From: an uncultured Candidatus Bathyarchaeia archaeon
GTDB lineage: Archaea > Thermoproteota > Bathyarchaeia > 40CM-2-53-6
Assembly: GCA_964361545.1 (NCBI GenBank)
Contig: CAYIBO010000002.1
Span: 1-32,766 of the forward strand
DNA: 32,766 nucleotides
Reading direction: 5' to 3'
This document shows positions 17,556 to 23,866 of this stretch, in pieces. How positions within the stretch are numbered: the stretch's first letter is position 1; every line of letters begins with the position of its first letter. The position numbers were made by a program, and so were the translations under genes. A model generated the notes under the pieces. That model was not told the DNA's origin, ran no database searches, and worked only from the letters and a program-made list of their open reading frames with translations.

Positions 17556-18145
17556 TGACAGAAACCCGAACCGCTGCAATAATCCCCAAGGATAGGATCG
17601 GCGTACTCGTAGGTCCCAAGGGCTCTGTTAAATCGCTAATTGAGGAGAAGCTTTCTGTCGCATTGTCAATTGATAGCGAATCGGGGTCGGTAGATATTGG
17701 CCTAAGGCCTGATGCTTCCGACCCGGCAAACGCCCTCAGGGCAAAGGACCTGGTTTCGGCGATTGGGAGAGGATTCTCTCCGCAGCGGGCTTTCGCCCTC
17801 TTCAACGAAGACAATTCGCTCGGCATTATTGACCTTCACGACTTCTTCGGAAAGAACGAGTCCGAAATCAGAAGAGTAGATGGGAGAATCATAGGAAGAG
17901 AGGGCAAGACGCGCAGGATCATTGAAGAGTTGACGGGGACGCTGATTTCAGTCAGCGGCCACACTGTTTCGATAATAGGAACCTTTGAAGCAGTTTCAAA
18001 TGCGAAAGATGGACTGGAGAAGCTGATTAGCGGAAGACAGCATGGCACCGTTTATAAGTTCCTAAGAAAGAGGAGGGCGCAATTCAAGAAGGAGAAAGCT
18101 TTAGGACTGTGGGAAGGCTCACCAGGCCCATCAAGGAAAAAATGA
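17555..18145 (+). CDS. KH-domain RNA-binding protein (archaeal Dim2/Pno1-like)
   Basis: Two KH-like units (IGVLVGPKGSVKSLIEE and GRIIGREGKTRRIIEELTG). The conserved archaeal Rio1-KH gene pairing is present. GTG start overlaps the Rio1 stop by 1 nt. Confidence 0.8.
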   Translation: MTETRTAAIIPKDRIGVLVGPKGSVKSLIEEKLSVALSIDSESGSVDIGLRPDASDPANALRAKDLVSAIGRGFSPQRAFALFNEDNSLGIIDLHDFFGKNESEIRRVDGRIIGREGKTRRIIEELTGTLISVSGHTVSIIGTFEAVSNAKDGLEKLISGRQHGTVYKFLRKRRAQFKKEKALGLWEGSPGPSRKK

Positions 18146-18173
18146 CCTCAGCAGACCTCTTGGACTGTGGTCC

Positions 18174-20051
18174 ATGACAGTCGCTGAAGTCTTCCAAGAG
18201 ATCAGTGCGGCTGACTTCTTCTACCGCAACCGAGACATCGCCGGATTCACCAATCCAACTCGGGCCATCTACTCCTCAGTCCGCGAACTCGTCGAGAACT
18301 CGCTTGATGCATGCGAAACGATCGAGACTCCACCGGACATCTACCTGAGAATCTCACACGAGTCGGGACCATTAGACGGACCCGGAACCTACACACTGAG
18401 AGTGGAAGACAACGGAATCGGGGTCCCGGCTGAAGTAATCCCGTCAGCTTTCGGCCAAGTTCTCTACGGGTCGAAGTACAAGCTGAGACAGACGCGGGGC
18501 ACCTTCGGGCTAGGAGGAAAGATGGCCATACTCTACGGCCAGATAACCACACATTCGGAAGCTAGAATCGTCTCCAGCACGAGTCCAAGAGAGAAGGTGA
18601 CGGAGGTCATATTACGCATAGACATACAGAAAAACAAACCCATCGTCCTAAGGACCAAGCAGCATTCGAACAAGAAACGATGGCGAGGCACGATTATCGA
18701 AATCAAAACCGAGGCTGACTGTGTACGTGCAATTCCAAAAATTCTCGAATACTTGAAACAAACAGCCATCATCGTACCCTACGCTAACATCACCTTCGTC
18801 GACCCCCGCGGCAGGCTCTACCGATTCCTCAGAGGAACGACCAGGGTGCCCAAGGCGCCTGAAGAGACACTGCCACATCCGTACGGCGTCGACGTTGAGA
18901 CCGTTCAAAGGATGCTAGAATTCACGAAGGCACGCACGCTACGTTCTTTCCTGACGACGCATTTTCAGAAGATAGGTAGCACAACGGCCCAACAGTTTCT
19001 CAATCACGCTCGTGTGGAATCCCTCAAAGCCGTAGCGTCAAAATTGGGACTCGACGTTAGGGCGATATTACCTGGAGAAAACAACAAAGGCCCGAGGGAA
19101 GCGAGTGAGAAACCAGTCGCAGAGCAGGAGGCGAAGAAGCGGAGTACGGCGACCGACGGGGAGGGCAAGAAGGGTGCTGGAACAGAAGGAGAAAGCGAAA
19201 CCACCACAAGAAACGCAGTGAGGGGGAGAGAGAGACCGAGAGTAGGGAAGCTTTCGCTTGACGAACAGGCGAAGATACTCGAGAAGGAGATTCGAAAAGC
19301 CGGAGGCAAGATTGAAAGTAGGGCATTCTGGCAAGAAAAGAATCCTAGCAAGCTTACTCCTGATGACATAGTGGAATTCGTCAACTCAGTAAAGACCTTC
19401 GAAGGCCTTCATGCTCCCGACCCAAGTTGCCTCTCGCCCCTAGGCGAGGACCTACTGGCCACTGGCATAAGGAAGGAACTCGAGCTGACCAATGAAGATG
19501 TCAAGGCTGGTTCGACATTTCTGGTGACAAGGCAGCGAGAACCCTCCACGTACTCAGGATTCCCATTCATAGTGGAAGTTGGACTGGCATGTTCGAAGCA
19601 GATCCCGACCGAGGGAGGAATTCTTCTGTTCAGGTTTGCGAACAAGATTCCACTGCTCTTCGACGAAGCCAGTGACGTGTCGTGGAAAGTCGTCAACACA
19701 CTGGTCGACTGGCGAAATTACAGGGTCGTCCCCCGCGAGACCCCACTAGCAGTCTTCGTCCATGTGTGTAGCACCAAGATCCCCTACAAGACTGTTGGGA
19801 AAGAGTTCATCGCGGACAGACCTGAGGTGGAACACGAGATTCTTAACGCGATTAGAGAGGTTGGAAGAAAACTGAAACTATACCTCTCAAGACGGGAACA
19901 CCTTGAACAAGAGAAAAAGAAGCTTGATGTTTTTGGAAGATACCTGCCGAAGGTAGCCGAATTCTCAACCAAACTCTCAAAGGAGAAGAAGGTGCCCGAT
20001 GTCAGCCCCCTACTCAACAAGGTGAGGAAATATGGTGCGGAAGAAAAGTAA
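18174..20051 (+). CDS. top6B: DNA topoisomerase VI subunit B
   Basis: GHKL ATPase blocks: ELVENSLDA, EDNGIGVP, SKYKLRQTRGTFGLGGK. Transducer-domain blocks are also present. It sits directly upstream of top6A and overlaps it by 20 nt. Confidence 0.93.
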   Translation: MTVAEVFQEISAADFFYRNRDIAGFTNPTRAIYSSVRELVENSLDACETIETPPDIYLRISHESGPLDGPGTYTLRVEDNGIGVPAEVIPSAFGQVLYGSKYKLRQTRGTFGLGGKMAILYGQITTHSEARIVSSTSPREKVTEVILRIDIQKNKPIVLRTKQHSNKKRWRGTIIEIKTEADCVRAIPKILEYLKQTAIIVPYANITFVDPRGRLYRFLRGTTRVPKAPEETLPHPYGVDVETVQRMLEFTKARTLRSFLTTHFQKIGSTTAQQFLNHARVESLKAVASKLGLDVRAILPGENNKGPREASEKPVAEQEAKKRSTATDGEGKKGAGTEGESETTTRNAVRGRERPRVGKLSLDEQAKILEKEIRKAGGKIESRAFWQEKNPSKLTPDDIVEFVNSVKTFEGLHAPDPSCLSPLGEDLLATGIRKELELTNEDVKAGSTFLVTRQREPSTYSGFPFIVEVGLACSKQIPTEGGILLFRFANKIPLLFDEASDVSWKVVNTLVDWRNYRVVPRETPLAVFVHVCSTKIPYKTVGKEFIADRPEVEHEILNAIREVGRKLKLYLSRREHLEQEKKKLDVFGRYLPKVAEFSTKLSKEKKVPDVSPLLNKVRKYGAEEK

Positions 20052-21135
20052 AGGCACCATAAAGGAGAGGAAGAAAAGGGTTCTCGCGTCCCTGGAGGAC
20101 CAGGGTCGAAAAGTATACCGTCAACTCCTGAAGGGGGAATTCCCCCATTTCAAGATCCCAAGCAGGTCTGTGTCAAACATAGAGTATGACGAGAAAACGA
20201 GGCAATACATCCTTGGAGAGGGGGAGGTTAAGCGAAGCGCCCGAAATGTAGGACAGATACGGCCATTCACTCAACTTCTCTGGACGGCGATGTTTGCCGA
20301 CGAACTTACACATCAGAACAAGACCAGTACTCTGCGGGACGTGTTCTACTCTGCACAAGCATACGAAATGGACTTCCAAGACCAACAGGAGAGCGACAGC
20401 CTAATCACAGATCTGGAGACAGTAACAGGGTTCTCCCGAGAAGACTTCAAGATATATCCAGAGGAGAGAAGCGCGATTTTCGGAGACCTGACCATCGAAT
20501 ACACGATTCCAGGTTACGAGGGGAGACGTCTCAACCTCACTTCTCACCCTGACGGCGTCTTGATTGGTCCCGCACTGACCACAGCTGAGTTCGTCCCGCC
20601 GGATAAGAGGAAGGTCGACAAAGTAATCGCGATTGAGAAAGGCGGCCTCTTCACAAGATTCATCGAAGAAAGGGTTCACCAGCGGTTCAAAGCGGTGCTC
20701 ATTCATACAGCCGGTCAAGCGCCTAGGGCGACAAGATTCCTCTTACGCCGTCTCAACAAAGAACTCGACATTCCGGTCTACATTTTCACAGACGGAGACC
20801 CGTGGGGAATGCACATTGCAATGGTCATTATCTCCGGCTCCGCCAATGCTGCCCACCTGCGAGACCTCAACACCCCTGATGCTATCTGGGGAGGAGTATG
20901 GGCCACCGACATAGTGGACTACAAACTGCCCAGCGACCCCCTGACAGATCTTGATGTGAAACGGTTGAATGAGCTTGAGAAGGACCCGAGGTACGCAGGC
21001 GACCTTTGGAAGAGGGAGATCGATACATTTCGAAAAATCCGGAAGAAATCCGAACAGGAAGCATTCAGCCGGTACGGTCTTACCTACATAGTCGACGAGT
21101 ATCTGCCCAAGAAGCTGAAACTCAAGTCCAACTAA
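20032..21135 (+). CDS. top6A: DNA topoisomerase VI subunit A (Spo11 family)
   Basis: Blocks LRDVFYSAQ and VIAIEKGGLF, and the Toprim block IFTDGDPWGMHI. Confidence 0.93.
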   Translation: MVRKKSKGTIKERKKRVLASLEDQGRKVYRQLLKGEFPHFKIPSRSVSNIEYDEKTRQYILGEGEVKRSARNVGQIRPFTQLLWTAMFADELTHQNKTSTLRDVFYSAQAYEMDFQDQQESDSLITDLETVTGFSREDFKIYPEERSAIFGDLTIEYTIPGYEGRRLNLTSHPDGVLIGPALTTAEFVPPDKRKVDKVIAIEKGGLFTRFIEERVHQRFKAVLIHTAGQAPRATRFLLRRLNKELDIPVYIFTDGDPWGMHIAMVIISGSANAAHLRDLNTPDAIWGGVWATDIVDYKLPSDPLTDLDVKRLNELEKDPRYAGDLWKREIDTFRKIRKKSEQEAFSRYGLTYIVDEYLPKKLKLKSN

Positions 21136-22400
21136 ACATACTGCTCAAGCCCAACAGGATTTGTGTTTCCTCTCGCAAGGGGCTGCTTGGAAAAGTCCAT
21201 TCTTCCATAGACACCGTCATAACCCGGTTCCACGAAGACTTGATCATTTCGAACCTTCAGAATTGCCTGCGCAAGGTCAGCACCGGCTGAGTGAGCGAGC
21301 TGGTCGTAGGGTGCGTCCAGCATCACGGAGTATTCGGAACCGAATCTCTTCGTCAGCGCGTCGTAGGTCTCCCAAACTTGGGATGAGGCTGGATTCTCTT
21401 GTCCTATGACGACTCCGATAATTTCTGATAACGGCAACAGGTGATGATACCCAACCGCGTTCTCAGGCGTGAAACCAGGGGGTCTATCCGCAAGCTCTTC
21501 AACCCTCTCTTCCACCCCTCTAGTCATCTTCTTTCCGCAACTGGGGCATTTGTCACCGACCTTTCGAGCCTCTTGGGCAGACATGGAAATCTGGCAAGCT
21601 CGATGGCCAGTCCAGTGGTACTTGCCATATTCCGGCGAAGTCTCTATCGTGAACAGGAAGCGTCTCGGGTCCTTCGCCCTTATCGCGCCTACGACATTCT
21701 CATATGTCACCTCTTCCAGGTCGAAAACATTGGCTTCTCTGCCCAATCTCCAAGGCCAAGCAGAGTGGGCGTCAGAGTTCGAGACAAGGCAGAATCTGTC
21801 AAGCTGGGAAAGTCTCCAGTTCATAGGCGGGTCTGAAGACATGCCCGTTTCTAGTGCGAAGATTCTGTCGACTCGTTCTTGGTAGCAATCAACTATGGAG
21901 TCGAAACCGCTGTTCGAACCAAAGAGGCTGAACCAGGGAGTCCAGGCATGAGCAGGAAAGACAACGCACTTGGAATCGGCTTCGAGCACTTCATCCACAA
22001 GCTCCATGGCAGACATCTGAAGGGTGGGCCTTCCGTCACTGCTCAGATTGCCAAACTTGGACAGTCGGTCGCTCACAACCGCCGAAGACTCGATAGACGG
22101 GGCGAGAAGACAATGGTGCACCCTTCTGGATTTCTCCCCGAAGACGTACGTCGTGTTCACCTCACCAGTGAGCATGTAAAGTGTGGACGACATGCCCTTG
22201 AGCACGTACAGCCCGGAGCCTTGGGACTCCTCAAGGTTCCTTGAGAGCTCCTTTCTCCAGTCAGGATGAGTGAAGTCCCCAGTTCCGACGATTCCAAGCC
22301 CTTTGATCTTTGAAAACCGGTTTAGGTCGTGGAGGTTCATGTTCTGGCTTGTGGCTCGGCTGTAGGGACTGTGAATCTGGAGGTCAGCGATTATTCGCAT
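21132..22400 (-). CDS. endonuclease Q (PHP-domain nuclease with zinc ribbon)
   Basis: Blocks ADLQIHSPYSRATS, GTGDFTHPDW, RRVHHCLL, SSDGRP, PAHAWTPW, SNSDAHS..LGRE, GKYH, CPSCGKK and GVEERVEELADR follow the order I remember for Pyrococcus EndoQ. Confidence 0.8.
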   Translation of the reverse strand: MRIIADLQIHSPYSRATSQNMNLHDLNRFSKIKGLGIVGTGDFTHPDWRKELSRNLEESQGSGLYVLKGMSSTLYMLTGEVNTTYVFGEKSRRVHHCLLAPSIESSAVVSDRLSKFGNLSSDGRPTLQMSAMELVDEVLEADSKCVVFPAHAWTPWFSLFGSNSGFDSIVDCYQERVDRIFALETGMSSDPPMNWRLSQLDRFCLVSNSDAHSAWPWRLGREANVFDLEEVTYENVVGAIRAKDPRRFLFTIETSPEYGKYHWTGHRACQISMSAQEARKVGDKCPSCGKKMTRGVEERVEELADRPPGFTPENAVGYHHLLPLSEIIGVVIGQENPASSQVWETYDALTKRFGSEYSVMLDAPYDQLAHSAGADLAQAILKVRNDQVFVEPGYDGVYGRMDFSKQPLARGNTNPVGLEQYV

Positions 22401-22530
22401 TGGAGAGCGTCCTGAAAGCCGGGCTCGAAGTGGCTGAGCCTCGATAAAAGCGTGTTAACGTAAGTGTCGCACAATGAGAGGTTGTTGTTCTTGAGCGTGT
22501 ATAGCGTCTGGTCCCGGCAACCGTTGCCAT

Positions 22531-22839
22531 CTATACTGCCTCATCTTCCGGAAGAGCCGACGGGTCCGTTGGAATGAAAACTATTCGAGTCCTTTCGGGA
22601 CTCACGGGATTTGTCTCGCGCGAGTTGGTTGCATAGTCTTTTCCGGATAGTGGACGAGTTGCTGGTCTGGGTCTTTTTCGGGCGAATTTCACGGGTCTGG
22701 ATTGACTCCGGGCGTTTTTCCGGGTCCTGAAGTTCCCTGGAAAGTTGCCTGTTCTTAGCGTGGTTTGAAATGCGCCGCTTGGAATTTCAGAATCTGGGCT
22801 GATTCTTCGTTGTATTGCGAGGAGCACTCTGCAAGCCAT
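22531..22839 (-). CDS. candidate basic Arg/Pro-rich protein (102 aa), third ORF of the mini-operon
   Basis: The ATG at 22839-22837 overlaps the RHH stop as TGATG. However, the sequence is low-complexity, and the coding strand is C/A-rich, which suppresses stop codons. Coding status is therefore uncertain. Confidence 0.3.
   Translation of the reverse strand: MACRVLLAIQRRISPDSEIPSGAFQTTLRTGNFPGNFRTRKNARSQSRPVKFARKRPRPATRPLSGKDYATNSRETNPVSPERTRIVFIPTDPSALPEDEAV
22590..22835. repeat. GT-rich element, copy B (apparent paralog of 6341-6571)
   Basis: See copy A. Both copies share the same orientation, anchors and spacing. Confidence 0.4.
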
Positions 22840-22994
22840 CACTTGCAGTATCCTTCCCGCTCCCTGAGCCAGTCCTCGCAGATGACCCTGACCATCTCCT
22901 TCCGGGTCCTGTGATACTTGCGAGCTGTCTCGTTCAGCTTTTTGACCAGCCTTTCGGGCAGGTCCGTAACGATTTTTCGCGTTTTGATGGTCAA
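22839..22994 (-). CDS. ribbon-helix-helix (CopG/Arc/MetJ-like) DNA-binding protein, 51 aa
   Basis: Hand translation gives MTIKTRKIVTDLPERLVKKLNETARKYHRTRKEMVRVICEDWLREREGYCK. This is the classic RHH layout: beta strand KIVTDLPE, then helix, turn, helix. It is below the 60-aa cutoff of the ORF track. The TTG start shares TTGA with the upstream small ORF. Confidence 0.6.
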   Translation of the reverse strand: MTIKTRKIVTDLPERLVKKLNETARKYHRTRKEMVRVICEDWLREREGYCK

Positions 22995-23074
22995 AACCTC
23001 GCGAAAGCCCTGACCTGAGCCTTACAGGCCAGAAGACCTCCAAGAACGCCACCTGCCAATCCTAACCAGAGCAT
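22991..23074 (-). CDS. candidate 27-aa hydrophobic peptide (MLWLGLAGGVLGGLLACKAQVRAFARF)
   Basis: ATG at 23074. The TGA stop overlaps the RHH TTG start (TTGA at 22994-22991). An A/T-rich box sits 27 nt upstream. There is one predicted TM-like segment. The ORF is very short, so this is speculative. Confidence 0.25.
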   Translation of the reverse strand: MLWLGLAGGVLGGLLACKAQVRAFARF

Positions 23075-23100
23075 TTTCTGATCTGCGAGCTGGATAGGCC

Positions 23101-23107
23101 AAATAAT
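23101..23107 (-). promoter_or_regulatory. TATA-like box for the mini-operon
   Basis: The minus strand reads ATTATTT, ending 27 nt upstream of the ATG at 23074. That spacing is expected for a leaderless archaeal mRNA. Confidence 0.3.
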
Positions 23108-23117
23108 GCGTGGAAGG

Positions 23118-23466
23118 CCCCTATAGGGGGTGAGGGTGGCCTGTTTCGCGAGCCATCTCCCCCGGAAGCATACTCATCCCCCTAGAGGGAGAGGGGTGGG
23201 GGGTCAAGACCGCCAGCGCTCCAGCCAAGGATGGACAAGACCCTTCTTGGCCCGCAGATCGAGGAGTAGCTTGGCCAGGGCTTCTGCCACCAGTCGAAAG
23301 TCTCAGTCCTCTCCTTCTCCTGGATTCCGCTTAGAACAAGGCGCTCCAGGACCCTTATCGCTGATAGGTACCCCCCTGGGGGGTCTGTTGCTGCTTCTTA
23401 CGAGCTAGGACCTACCCCCCATGGGGGACCATGGCGGGGGGTCTGTGGTCTGTTGCTACTTCACGA
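23118..23466. repeat. cluster of C(4-6)-N(1-4)-G(4-6) palindromes plus an imperfect direct repeat
   Basis: Palindromes: CCCCTATAGGGG (23118-23129), CCCCCTAGAGGG (23178-23189, imperfect), CCCCCCTGGGGGG (23371-23383) and CCCCCATGGGGG (23416-23427). Direct repeats: GGGGGGTCTGTTGCTGCTTCTTACGA (23378-23403) and GGGGGGTCTGTGGTCTGTTGCTACTTCACGA (23436-23466). Confidence 0.65.
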
Positions 23467-23813
23467 TCCCCTTAGGGTGTTTCCTCCCCAACGAGACTTT
23501 TACCTGGAATTATCGTCGGATTTGCCAGTCTCTGCTTCCTTCCTGGCGGGTCTCTTGTATTCGCTGAACGAGTAGCCTCTTTCCGAAGATTGGCCGATAA
23601 GCAGTACCCCCGCTGAGACGGTATACCATCCCGTTATCGATCACCAAGAAAAGAGACGCCCCTCTCCCTCAGCCTCATTCTACTCTCACTGTTATTGTAC
23701 CTCTCCGGGCCTTACGGATTGTACTCGGCTACCTTGTAGCCTCCGCATGGCGGCCATCAGCTTTCGTCTCTCTCGGATTTTCTACCGGCCGCAGCCGTTT
23801 GGAGATCCCCTGG

Positions 23814-23820
23814 TTAAATA
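23814..23820 (+). promoter_or_regulatory. TATA-like box upstream of the APC-USP permease
   Basis: TTAAATA lies 46 nt before the TTG start at 23867. It is followed by two copies of CCGGAGTCT (23822-23830 and 23849-23857). Confidence 0.3.
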
Positions 23821-23866
23821 GCCGGAGTCTACAACGCCCCCGACCTAACCGGAGTCTGGTCGTACA

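Noticed and set aside
19004-19384. Three overlapping antisense ORFs (126, 89 and 88 aa) in all three minus-strand frames inside top6B.
   Set aside because: They result from the purine-rich low-complexity insertion on the coding strand, which removes stop codons from the complement.
22531-23052. 173-aa minus-strand ORF treated as a single gene.
   Set aside because: Its N-terminal 71 residues overlap the well-formed RHH ORF and the small peptide ORF in another frame, and are Gly/Arg/Gln low-complexity. Only the part from the ATG at 22839 is kept, and only as a low-confidence candidate.
23200-23300. Minus-strand peptide fragment ...FRLVAEALAKLLLDLRAKKGLVHPWLERWRS, considered as the remnant of a larger decayed gene.
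   Set aside because: It is preceded immediately by an in-frame stop and has no start. It is too short to assign and may be chance. It is only worth a tBLASTn check.
23130-23408. 92-aa plus-strand ORF (MRVACFASHLPRKHTHPPRGRGVGG...).
   Set aside because: It runs straight through the C-run/G-run palindromes and has an extreme Arg/Ser/Pro/Gly composition. It has no start context and is almost certainly non-coding.
23371-23466. Possible CRISPR array.
   Set aside because: There are only two imperfect repeat copies, with an internal duplication and an irregular 32-nt spacer. No cas genes or leader are present.
22401-23866. Possible structured RNA gene (tRNA, RNase P RNA, SRP RNA) or an integrated element bounded by a tRNA.
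   Set aside because: On neither strand did I find a T-loop/acceptor pattern (GGTTCGAATCC-like) or an RNase P CR-I (GAGGAAAGTCC). I also found no SRP helix-8-like motif and no integrase. A covariance-model scan would be needed to exclude these fully.
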